Shown here one piece after another: positions 39,722 to 51,978 of a stretch of 64,000 nucleotides of DNA. The notes under the pieces were generated by a model. It saw only the letters and a program-made list of their open reading frames with translations. It made no database searches and was not told the DNA's origin. The position numbers were made by a program, and so were the translations under genes. Numbering within the stretch: the stretch's first letter is position 1; each line of letters begins with the position of its first letter. Origin of the DNA: Oculina patagonica (Eukaryota); contig NC_135771.1 of the NCBI RefSeq assembly GCF_052425735.1, forward strand, positions 6,820,001 to 6,884,000, in the 5' to 3' direction.

Positions 39722-40995
39722 TAAGTTGAATGAAGCTTATAAAGAAATTTATACAAGCAGCTATTAGGCATTTTCACCTGCATTTAAACTAATGCGCTAG
39801 TAGAAAGTTGAATACGGAATTCTTTGTTTTGGACCACATTGCAGATTCTGTCTGCTAAGCTGACTTCTTTTAGTGAGTGGCTGATCTCGGGAATGTTGAG
39901 ATTGTTTTTAGACTTCAGTGAGTTGATTGATTGACAGAAAATTAAATTTTACGTGGAAGCTAATAAGAATGATGCAGAAACAGTGGTGGGTAGCAGTCCG
40001 TTCATTTCGAGTTGCGTTTGTTAAACTGAGTTATTCATATCAAAACGTCAAAAGAAAAAGGTATCTGAAATCGGCCTCTTCAATTCCTGATTCGGAAATA
40101 AGTAAGAAATGAAAGATTATTTTAGAGATTCGCATGCAAATATATTAAGTCATGTTATTATTTCATAGAGCATTGTATAACAGCGATCTTTAGAAGGTGT
40201 GCTTTTATTTTCGAGACAACATTTTTAACATTTTAGCCAAAATTCTGGCCCCGGACCGACATGAAACTTATAAGGCAGTTCAAATATTTAACACCAGGTT
40301 TCCTTACTTGACATATATTAATCCTTGAAACGTTTTCTTTTTTGCAAGATATTAATTTTACTGTTCCTTCTCAGGAGCTTCCTTGCACTCGCATTTCAAG
40401 GGCCATTGAGGGATCTTTGTCGTCGTCGGGAAAGGTTAGAATTTCATTATTCCCATTCACGTTATTTTTGTTTCAAGAAGTATTACCTGCTCTAATTCAA
40501 AGGAGTTCAAAAGTAGGACACGAAAGCGGATGCATCAGAAGAAAATTGCGTCGGGAGTTTGAAAAACTCGTTGTTTCGGGCCGTTTTGTAGCTAAACCAA
40601 ACCGAAAAACAAACTTGAATATAATGCAGTTCGCTAACTGAAAACGAAGTCACCCAACTATGCAACATACGCGTGAATAAATATGCACACTTGGAAATGA
40701 AGGTTATTTCCTTCTGAATGTAAATAATATATATATATTTATGCCGGACCGGTGTCTTCGAATTATCCTCACTTTTACTAAACTCCCGAAGTCACGGTCG
40801 CAGGAAGTTTGTTGTAAAAATGTCTTTTAGTAGCGCTCGCTTTAAGAAGTTCAAATAAACTTCATTGCTCGTATGTTTAACGAAGAAGCGCAATAATACT
40901 TGATTTGTCGGTTGACAAAAATTTTTTTCGTTGGTTTCATATTTGTCATATTCTAAAAACAGGGAAGCTTGTTTGTCAAGCAAAATGTACCAAAT

Positions 40996-41495
40996 NNNNN
41001 NNNNNNNNNNNNNNNNNNNNNNNNNNNNNNNNNNNNNNNNNNNNNNNNNNNNNNNNNNNNNNNNNNNNNNNNNNNNNNNNNNNNNNNNNNNNNNNNNNNN
41101 NNNNNNNNNNNNNNNNNNNNNNNNNNNNNNNNNNNNNNNNNNNNNNNNNNNNNNNNNNNNNNNNNNNNNNNNNNNNNNNNNNNNNNNNNNNNNNNNNNNN
41201 NNNNNNNNNNNNNNNNNNNNNNNNNNNNNNNNNNNNNNNNNNNNNNNNNNNNNNNNNNNNNNNNNNNNNNNNNNNNNNNNNNNNNNNNNNNNNNNNNNNN
41301 NNNNNNNNNNNNNNNNNNNNNNNNNNNNNNNNNNNNNNNNNNNNNNNNNNNNNNNNNNNNNNNNNNNNNNNNNNNNNNNNNNNNNNNNNNNNNNNNNNNN
41401 NNNNNNNNNNNNNNNNNNNNNNNNNNNNNNNNNNNNNNNNNNNNNNNNNNNNNNNNNNNNNNNNNNNNNNNNNNNNNNNNNNNNNNNNNNNNNNN
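40996..41495. other. Assembly gap (500 N)
   Basis: Run of N of round placeholder length. Confidence 1.
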
Positions 41496-43619
41496 GCAGG
41501 CCTAAAAGCGGAGCTCCCCACTAATTTAATTTTGACTAGAATTTAAACTGTAAATAATAAACTTTTCCCTTGATTAATTTTTTTTCTGAAGTTGCGTAAT
41601 TAATTATTGCCAGTTACTATTCGTGTTAGACGTCCGTGGACAAGCGCTTTTTTTCTGCCCGCTTCACTGACCGTTGGTTTTAGTCTGCGTTTCAAAAGTT
41701 CTGGTCGCGTGGTAATGTTTTTTGGCTCTTCGGTTTAACACTGTTCACGTGATGCCATTTTGGTTGAGACGAATAGTATGGGAGTATTCCGAAGTTATTC
41801 CGAAGCAATGCGAAGGCAATCCGAAGGCTATCGTGCGGCGCGAAAAAGAAAGTACTGGTCAGCGATCTCCACGAAATCCTCATCAACTGCAAGGTCAAAA
41901 GCTCGAAGCGGATGAGTTGTTCTATTTCGTGCTGCCGTGATGTATATGATCAACGACAGCAGATGGAAATTTTACACTCCCAGATTGAAATTCGATTTTC
42001 GCCATTCAAATGTTGCCACTATGTACGTGCCTGAGAGTAGAGCGAATTCTGAAAACATTTGATGTACTTTTATTGACTTGTAGGTTGAACTGCACAGGAA
42101 TGGAGGCCAGCATCTCGGTCGCTTAGCCGATTGCGCTGATTATCATTAGACAAGAAACCTCCGTGATGAAGTTTTTATTAAATGTATGTAACGAATTTTA
42201 TTTTCTCATCCTGCAATCGGTGAGTATCTGAAATTTTCTAAACTCTTTCAATTTTCCATCGACAATCACACATACGCGTGTTCTTGCAAAGAAACCATAA
42301 GCTGATTTCAAAGGAGAGCGCTTTTATAATCTTTTTCACTCCGGCGATTTAGCTCATAAAGAAATCCTTTTCTTTTATTCAGTAAACCGTTTTTGAAAGA
42401 TTCCTTGTTACGTTTCGCTTGCACTTAAATTTATGTATTATCTGAATTATCTAAATTATTTGCTTTCGTTGTATTTCTTTATATCTAAAATAAAACTCGA
42501 GTTTTTTATAGTTGAGTAATTGCAATTTTGGCGGGAATTACCTTGCCACCCGCGTTTATCGGCGATGGAGCTGCCGTATCTGCCACTTGCCGGACGGGTT
42601 GCTGCGGGATCTTGAGATGTGAGTAGACCACGGTTTTCTTTTTTTTATTATTTAATTTTAGTTTGTATTTTAGCGTTGTAAGAAACACGACTAATTTTTT
42701 AAAACTGTCTCCAATCGATTTGGCCAAAACTAGTACAATTATTTTAAAAGCCTATTTAAATTTTCTTTTCACACCGATCCCTCCTTTAGAGAGGACGCAG
42801 AAAAAGACAAACACCGCAAGAAAAGTTGCACGAAGAAAGCAAAACGCCAAGGAAATTACACAAACAAAGCAAGAAAATTATGCAAACAAAGCAAGAAATT
42901 ATACAAACAAAGCAAGAAAATTATACTAACACCGCAACGTCGCAAAAAAATTACAACACAAAAAATTTGACAAAACTGTTTCCACGCAGTACAGTCAAGA
43001 TACTTATCATTGAAAAAGGTTTGGGATTGTCGGCTTAATCGTATCAATGGTTAAATTAGTACATAAAATTTTATGCTAAAATTTATCGAATGTGTTTGTG
43101 AAGATATTAGATGTCAAGGATGTATAATAGTATCTGTATGGTCGGAAAGGAAAATTTTTAAATGTAAAGCCAATTTTAAAAAAAGAGGAAAAGAGGTCCA
43201 GGTCCATACGTTTTCCAAGCTCTTAACAGGAGTAATAGACCCTTCCACAGTTTCTATATAGCTACCATATTTAGTTTGTAATTTACAAAAGTTTCAGAAT
43301 GTCAACCGTCAAATTTTCGAGTATCAAACTCACAATTTTTCCATACATTTACTGTAAAATTTGCCGTGTTTGCCCCCCAACCAAGATGGCATCAGAAACC
43401 GTCGAAAGGTCTATTGTCAGGGAAGTTTAACTTAGTATAGTTGTTAAATACCTTGTATTGTTTTTTTTTTTAGAAACATGTAACTGTTAACCGTTTGTTT
43501 TTTAACATGTGCTGTACATTTTATATTCTTTCTTTAAAGCAAACTATCAAGTCATTCTGGGATTTGTTATATAACGTGTAATTTATTTCTAACCTGATTA
43601 TCTTTGCTAACAAAGAAAG

Positions 43620-46600
43620 ATGAACAGCTACAGGCAACTTGCACATGACAGGTGGCTTTCCGCCAGACAATCCCAAAGTAAGTTTCTTTCTGGGAAAGGG
43701 ATATTGTTGTAACATAGTAAGAAAAGGTTTATGCATGACATGTAAAAAGGGTAAAAATTATACCATGGTGTGGGACAATAGGGCATAAAATTGATCGTGA
43801 TATAAGACAATAGGGCAAAAAAAAAAAAACAGATGACATGACATATGAAGGTAGCTTGAATTTATTACCTGATTTTAGAATATAATTCTGCGCTTTCAAC
43901 TTTTTGTGGCACATGAATTTGGTTAACATTTGTGCGTGAAATGGGGTCATGACTCCCCCCCCCCCTACTTTTCTCTTTAACTTTTTTTTCCAGTTTTTAA
44001 GTGACCGCAATTTCTTTATGATTCCTGCAGATGATAATGGAAATTATGGGCAGCATGGTAACAATGGTCAGGTCCAGCCAAGGGGGGTAGTGGGATACCA
44101 ATATACCCGATATTTTTGCCCTGGGATACCTGAAAACTGCAAAAACGTTGATACCAAACAACTAAAATATTTTTATTAATTAAAAGTCATGTCTGATAAC
44201 AAAGGCCCCATGTGTCAAGGCCCCTTTTCCGAGGTGGGACTCTCCCAGAGAATGCAGAGAGTTTGAAATCTGGAAGATTGAAAATGCAAATTCCAGCATT
44301 CTGGGCATAAAAAAATCCTGTTGATGATGTGTCATAATCATATAAGTGGCTTATAACTATCTTTTGTCATTAAACATTTAAACTCCTTTTCATGTGCACA
44401 AACAATAAGTTTTGCATTTGCAAACAACCTTTTTCAGGAGTTTTGATCCTCTCCTCCGAAACAAAAACAATGGCCCTAATCCCTAATAACAGCTTTGAAA
44501 AGGACACCCCCTGGATGTTTTCCAGTTTTTAAGTGACCACCATTTCTTTATGATTACTGCAGATCGTTATGGAAACAATGACCGTGGAAACAATGGTGAG
44601 TGTTTGAATGACGCAATATATCTTTATAACTAATGTTTTCCAGTCTTTAAGTGACCGCAATAATATTTATTTCTTTATGATTACTGCAGAGCATTATGGA
44701 AATAATGGCCGTGGAAACAATGGTGAGTGTTTGAATGATGCAATATCTTTATAACTAATGTTTTCCAGTTTTTAAGTAACCGCAATAATATTTATTTTTT
44801 TATGATTACTGCAGATCGTTATGGAAATAATGGCCGTGGAAACAATGGTGAGTGTTTGAATGATGTAATATCTTTATAACTAATGTTTTCCAGTCTTTAA
44901 GTGACCGCAATAATTTTTTTTTCTTTATAATTTCTGCAGAGCATTATGGAAATTATGGGCGTGGAAACAATGGTGAGTGTTTAAATGATGCAATATCTTT
45001 ATAACTACCGGTAATGTTTTCCAGTTTTTAAGTGACCGCAATAATATTTCTTTCTTTATGATTACTGCAGATCGTTATGGAAACAATGATCGTGGAAACA
45101 ATGGTGAGTGTTTAAATGATGCAATATCTTTATAACTACCGGTAATGTTTTCCAGTTTTTAAGTGACCGCAATAATATTTATTTCTTTATGATTACTGCA
45201 GATCGTTATGGAAACAATGATCGTGGAAACAATGACCGTGGAAACAATGACCGTGGAAACAATGGTGAGTGTTTGAATGATGCAAAATCTTTATAACTAA
45301 TGTTTTCCAGTTTTTAAGTGACCGCAACAATATACCGTATTAAACGCCGGACCCCGATTAAACGCCGGCCTAGCTCGTATAAACACCGGGTCAAAATTGC
45401 TAACTGTTTAAATTAAACGCCGGGGGCGTTTGTTCGAGGTTCTGGCGTTTATTTGAGGTCAAGCTAACGAATCTATTCTTTTGAATGGCACTGCTATGAT
45501 ATTCTAGTAGGGTATGCTGCTTTGGAAATTTCAATAAACGCTCAAAGGAAAAGTCAGGCTGTTAACAACAAAATAAAACCTAGCTACGTGTTACTGTCTT
45601 CACGACTGACGCATTTCCTTTCTAACTTGTGTTAGTGCTCACAGTCGTTGAAATATCGAGGATCCCTCCTGCGTTTGTTTATAAGTTGGGGGAGGTCGTT
45701 TAAAAACAAAAAAGAAGTTGGCGGCATTGCTGTGTGTGAACTTAAAACTCTGTGCCGATAACCTCTACTTGCATGCTCCTTTATAGTTTACGTTCATATA
45801 CCCTTGATGATCTCTCTGTCACAAATCTTGATTGCAACATAAACATGTTCCATAATAATGTATTTTTGGTTAATAAATAACCTTTGGATACACATGCAGG
45901 GACAGTTTTTCGGGGCAGAATGAAGGGGGAAATCATTCCGCCTTGACAAACAGCCCTTTGGTCACGGAGATCGGTAACAAAAAGTCAATCTGAATAATTG
46001 ATAGAAAATTGCAGTCCGTTAATAAACGCCGGCCTCAAATAAAGGCCGGGTACACCAAGCCAAGTTTGAAATAAACGCCGGGGGCGTTTAATTGAGAAAA
46101 TACGGTAATATTTCTTTATTATTTCTGCAGAGCGTCATGGAAATAATGACCGTGGAAACGATGGTGAGTGTTTGAATGATGCAATATATCTTTATAACTA
46201 ATGTTTTCCAGTTTTCAAGTAACCGCAATAAGATTTATTTCTTTATGATTACTGCAGAGCATTATGGAAATAATGGCCGTGGAAACGATGGTGAGTGTTT
46301 GAATGATGCAATATATCTTTATAACTAATGTTTTCCAGTTTTCAAGTAACCGCAATAAGATTTATTTCTTTATGATTACTGCAGAGCATTATGGAAATAA
46401 TGGCCGTGGAAACAATGGTGAGTGTTTAATGATGTAATATCTTTATAACTGTTTTCCAGTCTTTAAGTGACCGCAATAATTTTTTTTCTTTATAATTTCT
46501 GCAGAGCATTATGGAAATAATGGCCGTGGAAATAATGGTGAGTGTTTAAATGATGCAATATCTTTATAACTAATGTTTTCCAGTCTTTAACTGACCATTT

Positions 46601-47672
46601 TCATTTTCATTACTTTGAACAGAAAGGAAACGCAAAGCAAATGCACAACAAAAGTGTAAGTCTTTTCCACTAGATAAAAAATAAGAGAGATCTATTATTT
46701 TGATTATTCAGAAATTTATACAATTCTGTGAAATAAAAGAAAAATGAATGTAGACAGCTGTCAAGGACATCTTTTAAGAGGTCATTCTTAACTACTAATT
46801 TGTTGCTCATTTGAGTTTCTGGCCTTTATTTTTTAAAAGCCAAACCTCTGGATACTACGTACAGATGAGCTTTTTGCACAATTCAGTTCCATTGAATAGA
46901 TCAACCACCTTAAAGTATTTCTAATAATGGCCATATATATTTGACTAGTCACATCAAAAACCTTTTTAGTATAATACCACACAAGTGAATATTCCTAATA
47001 TATGCATGCACTGATCAGTTAATTCAGAGGTAATAAGCTTTATTTAATACTGTTCACCTAACAGCAGGTAAAGAGAAACAAACTGCCTTTGTGTCGCTTT
47101 GTTTACCAAAAGTGATGTTTTGGTCTGCTAGTTATTCAACTTGTGTTGTATATACTAATACAATTGTTCACTGCAGTGTTGGTGAACGTGGTGGATATAA
47201 TTAACCTTGCATGCAGCTTCATACATGACTCAGTAAAATATTAATATGATCCACTGCTATTCAACTCCACTTCCGGGAATATTTGTTAATATTTGAAAAT
47301 CGGCAATTGCCTTTTGTGGCCTCCTGCTAGTCCCACTGATTATTAATACTATAGCCATAGTACTTCGGAGTTCAACTTGTCATGAAGTGTTGTCAAAAAT
47401 TAATGTGCCAGACCAGTGTTGACAAAAACATACCTTTCACATTAGTAATTGCAATTGAGCAGGGGATCGATCCATAGAGGCAAATGGTGGAAATAATTTA
47501 TGTTACAGTATGGTTAAATATGTTGCTTAAATTTTTGTTATTTTTGTTTTTAGTGAAATGCTTCTCTTGTGGTGGAGAGGGGCACATGATGAGGCAGTGC
47601 CCCTCAAAACGGAGACGACAGCATCATCAAAAGGAGAAACCAGCCACTGTCAACTTAAAATTTTTTCTTTAA
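43620..47672 (+). CDS. 201-aa Asn/Gly/Arg-rich repeat protein with C-terminal CCHC zinc knuckle; exons 43620-43677, 44031-44066, 44563-44595, 44690-44722, 44815-44847, 44940-44972, 45071-45103, 45202-45264, 46131-46163, 46258-46290, 46385-46417, 46505-46537, 46623-46655, 47554-47672
   Basis: All introns GT-AG and phase 1 (mostly G|GTGAGT...CTGCAG|A); the spliced 606 nt is open: MNSYRQLAHDRWLSARQSQN-DNGNYGQHGNN-[(D/E)(R/H)YGNN(G/D)RGNN]n-ERKRKANAQQK-LKCFSCGGEGHMMRQCPSKRRRQHHQKEKPATVNLKFFL*. CX2CX4HX4C motif. Confidence 0.75.
43985..46597 (+). repeat. Tandem array of ~120-130-bp exon+intron modules
   Basis: 11 copies of TTTTCCAGT..TAAGTGACCGCAA..ATTACTGCAG|exon|GTGAGTGTTTGAATGATGCAATATCTTTATAACTAATG. 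Confidence 0.95.
45335..46105. mobile_element. Tc1/mariner (pogo-like) MITE in an array intron
   Basis: TA|CCGTATT...AATACGG|TA ends; subterminal TAAACGCCGG repeats; absent from sister introns. Confidence 0.85.
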
Positions 47673-47712
47673 AAAATTAAAGAAAAAATTTTAAGTTGAC
47701 AGTCGCTGGTTT
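47637..47712. repeat. 36-bp-arm hairpin overlapping the stop codon
   Basis: Arms 47637-47672 and 47677-47712, one mismatch, AAAA loop. Confidence 0.9.
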
Positions 47713-47736
47713 TTTTGCTTACGAAATGAAATCAAG

Positions 47737-47979
47737 TTGAACTCATATGAAAGGCCTTTCAAAGTGAAGAAAATGGTGTTTTCATTTTCCTGATATCTTT
47801 CTTGTGCCAAGTTAAAGTTATGTTGCTTTAGTATTTAGTATTTGTCAAACTTATGACGTCATCAGTCACCTAATTTCCATAATACAAAATCGTTAATTAA
47901 TCTCTGGAACCAGAAAAGAAATCAGAAAAAGGGAAACTTCATCTTTCTTCATTTTGAAAGGCCTTTCATATGAGTTCAA
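47737..47979. mobile_element. Inverted-repeat element
   Basis: TTGAACTCATATGAAAGGCCTTTCAAA...TTTGAAAGGCCTTTCATATGAGTTCAA. Confidence 0.65.
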
Positions 47980-48802
47980 TAAGCACTGAGTTTAATAAGC
48001 ACTTTAATAATTAAACAAATTGTAAGTTTACAGTCAGAGAAAAAAATTAACAATTTTATGAAATCCTTGTATTTGGCCTGCAAACATTGCAACCTAAGGG
48101 GGACATGGTGCCCGGGGGGGTACTCAGGCTTGTAAATGACAGGGATGATCGAATGGAGGCAAAACTCATTACCCCTAAAAAATCCCTGAACCAAATGTAC
48201 CCCCTCCAAAAAAACCTTTTTCACCCAAAAAATTACTCACCAAATTCTGCAACCCAAAAAATGTCAGAATCGAAAATTTCAAACCCAAAAAAATTCCTAT
48301 CATCAACAAGCTTGAGTACCCCCTCTGGGAAATGGTGGGACCTTGACCTGAACATCAATCATTGCAAAAAAAAATAGCTAAAAACACAAAACTGCATTAT
48401 GTAACAAACTTAAAATAATTTGACATATCAATTGCTTGCAATTGGATAGCAGCCTTTGTGCACTTTTATACAAAATGTACAGATAAAGAGATTTTAGAGT
48501 TAAACAATCTGTTCTGTTATGGTACATCTTTAATGATTTTGTTTCACAGAACATTTCTGTACTTTTAAAATCTTTTGAGATCACTGCAACACCAGAAGCT
48601 ACAGTTTTATTAACCACAAAACCCCATGTCCCCCTCATTTGCTTGATATTTTTTATCATAAGTCATAATAATTAATTCTTCTGACTTTTGACATTTAAAT
48701 CATTGAAATTCGTAACTTTGAACAATAAATTGGACCATTCAGGTGTCTTTTCTTTTTAGTTTCTGGGATTTGTTCTTCACATAGTAGAAAAGCGTACTAT
48801 TT

Positions 48803-49388
48803 AACAAATGGTAAACGTCACAGTGTGCACTATTGAGTTACAGATGCACGCGGGAGGTTGCTAAGCACGAAAGAAGCGTAAGAGTCGCCCGAGGCGATAG
48901 CCGAGGGCGACTCTAGCTTCTTGAGTGCTTAGCAAACCTCCCAAGTGCATCTGTAACTCAATAGTGCACGCTGTGAAGTTTACCATTTGTTTTATAGCAC
49001 AACTTTAAGGTGATTTATTAGTTTCTTTGAGGTAAAAGTGCGCGCGCTTATTTGAACAATTGGGTGTAGTGCTCGCGTAAACGCTGACGAAAACCTAAAA
49101 GAAAAAAACAAACAATACAAAGTTTTGAATTATTTCAAACTTGCATTATACCTCAATGTCTTTCAGCATTGTGGAGAAATGGTTTTTCTTATGTTTAGCT
49201 TTTCAAATTCACAGGAAAATCAAGAAAACAAGTAAAAACTTGTGAAGTAGTGGCACTTTCTTGTGCCATGTCGCAACAAATCAGCGCGCGCGCTCAGGTT
49301 GAAGCATACGTCAGCGTGCACCCATGGGCAAATAGTAGACGCTAAATTAACCAATCAGAACGCGCGCTTTACTTTAGTTGTGCTATAA
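48803..49388. mobile_element. Composite element: 189-bp palindrome (48803-48991) abutting an IR-bounded segment (48992-49388)
   Basis: AACAAATGGTAAAC...GTTTACCATTTGTT; TTATAGCACAACT...AGTTGTGCTATAA. Confidence 0.7.
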
Positions 49389-49777
49389 TATTGTTTTTTT
49401 TTTTTTTACAAAATTAAAACTTGAAAATGTTATAATGTACAGTTTTTGTCATTTCATGTTGTCATATTTAAAATGACACCTAAATATTTAATAGTTTGAC
49501 ATATAATAAATTGAACCAATATTTTATCCTATGAGATATGTTTGGGTCTACATGCAATAAACTTTTCTATCTGCATTTTTCCCAGTGTCATAAAAATATA
49601 TCATATTAAGGCGATTTACACCATGTGATTTTGCTGCAACAATTGTTCCACAAAAAAGATGAAACTCTTGAAGAATACATAAGCATGTTCTTTAAACTTG
49701 GCATCATTAATTTAAAACCCAAGACTCAATGTGACACCTGTCCTGCCATTGCCATGGCAACAGTTTTGTTGCAAATA

Positions 49778-49952
49778 CAGTTGAATCCCGATATCTCGAA
49801 CCCTCAGTAACTCGAACTCCCGATAACTCGAACCTTTTTCGATTCCCCTTTAGGTCATTTTCTTACTAATTTTACCCTCGATAACTCGAACTCCCGATAT
49901 CTCGAACCTTTTTCGATTTCCCTTGAAGGTTTGAGTTATCGGGATTTGACTG
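49778..49952. mobile_element. Tigger-like MITE
   Basis: TA|CAGTTGAATCCCGATA...TATCGGGATTTGACTG|TA, internal ATAACTCGAAC repeats. Confidence 0.85.
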
Positions 49953-50920
49953 TACCTATTTCAATTAATACTCACATGTTGAGTTTTTGCTTAACCAAAG
50001 ATAATCCACTCCCATGCAACAAGCTAATGAGAAGAGTAAGGGTAATATGGGCATCATGTGTGTTCCAACCTCGACGCTCTGTCCTACATTTAAGGGTGCA
50101 AAAAAATGGAGATGTATTTGGTTTATGACAGAGACTGGAACCAAAGTGTTGCCATGGTTACATCATAGTATGAGCCATCTTATAGGAAGGTCACTGTTGA
50201 TGCCAAGTTTCAAAAATATCACTCTAATCTTTTCAGAGATCTCCTTGATAATTTTTGAGATCTATCTTCTAGTGAAATAATTTGACGTCACCACTTGAAT
50301 TAACCCACTGCAGAACCATTCTGTCTTGTCGCATGTACTTTACCAGACAACCTTTTTAGATTTCCTGTTTATAAGGGTAAGGGTTACAGGGTACCAAACC
50401 CCCCCCCCTCCCCCCAAAAAAACCAGAGAAATATATTGAGATTGACAACTTCCCTCCTCCCCAAGAAATATTTCGCATGCATACTTTTGCAATTGCTTTT
50501 GCAATGAATAAGGTACAAATTATTGCACATTTTAGTAAAATATGATATATCGAGTTGTTGTTGTGAAATGTTTGACTGGAAATGACTCGCTTTAATGTAA
50601 ACAAAATGACGCCAAGAGCGTGTTCGCAATGTCAAAAGTTGACTGTAGCTTATATCTGCGGGCGGGTGGCCTAATTGACTAATGCTGGGTTTGGTTCCCA
50701 TTTGGGCTCCTCAAAGAGGTAAAGAGGCACTATGTACTGCTAAGGCATCATAATTATTTGTACCAAATGTTTGTGAATTTAAGATACCTTGAGGTGACCT
50801 TTTAAGATCTATACCGTCATCATTACATTTTTCACCCGAGCATTTATTTACTTTTAACACCTCATAAAAAGTGGGGGGTGGGGGTGCTTATTCAAGAAAG
50901 TTGAAAACTATACAATTTTT

Positions 50921-51084
50921 ATACCTAATCGTACCTTTTTGGTACGCTTCGGTAGCATATCAGGCGAGTTTGGTCGAGCCATGGCTCGTATTTTGGCGAG
51001 ATGCAGTCGAGCCAAAATACCCATAGCAAGACCAAACGAGCCTGATTTGCTGCCAAAGTGTACCAAAAAGGTACGATTAGGTAT
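50921..51084. mobile_element. Palindromic non-autonomous element
   Basis: ATACCTAATCGTACCTTTTTGGTAC...GTACCAAAAAGGTACGATTAGGTAT. Confidence 0.75.
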
Positions 51085-51978
51085 TTACCGTACCCAAATT
51101 CAGCCAAAAATCTGGATCTGTTGAAGCCATGCTTGTAAGGTACGTACTGCAAATTGTGTTGACTTGGTCTTTAACACTTTTACAAGTTCCTCTTCTGCTT
51201 TTTTTTTTTTTACTCGTTTATTTAGAGTTTCATTCTCTAAATTTTCAAAATTAAAATAAAGCGACAAATTTTGAAATTCTGACTCAATTTTTTAGTCTCA
51301 ATGTCTCAGTACTCGTCGGCAAACATCGTGCAATTGGCATATGTAAATTTCTGCAGAACATCCAATGATAGCTCAAATTGCAAGAAATAAAGAAAAATGG
51401 AAAGAGCTGGAGCCAGCAGGTTATTTTTTGTGAATAATTTGTCAACTACGTATTTCCTCTACTTCTGTCTTCAAAGTATAATGAGTGTTCATGCTTTTCA
51501 AGTTCTCACTGTAAATAAAGGCGAGTCTAGGGGAGGAGGGGTCCCACCTTATTGTTTGACTAAATAGAGGCCCAAATGGCCACAAGTAAAATTTTGTTGA
51601 AAAGCAGGCCCCTTCCTTATTCTAGGACCTGGAGGCATGACAAGCCATATCACCGCACTTAGCCAAAGCTCTGGATCCACTTCTGTACATGAAGTTTAGA
51701 AATGGGCCATGAATTAAAGATAAAAAGTTAACCATTACTCAAAGTCAGGCAAACAAAGTAAACTCTGAATTTATTTAATATCAGAATTTATTTTAATCAT
51801 CTAAGTACTAAAGTTATGCCAGAGAGAGTTCTTTCTTACCAGTAAACAAAATTTACTTAACAATGCAAAGTCAAATTGTCTATAATAATTTATGATACAT
51901 AGCCTTTCAAACCTTGGATGACAAATTAAAACCACAAAAATGGACTTTACAACCTGCTATTGTGCATTATTGTATATA

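Noticed and set aside
40905-41546. ORFs of 178-213 aa
   Set aside because: They consist mostly of the N gap.
43985-46597. CRISPR-like repeat/spacer appearance
   Set aside because: The 33-nt segments are homologous to each other and bounded by AG/GT; eukaryotic context; no cas genes.
47484-47672. Retroviral/LTR Gag nucleocapsid remnant
   Set aside because: No protease, RT or LTR nearby; the knuckle starts right at an in-phase splice acceptor. A distant Gag origin is not excluded.
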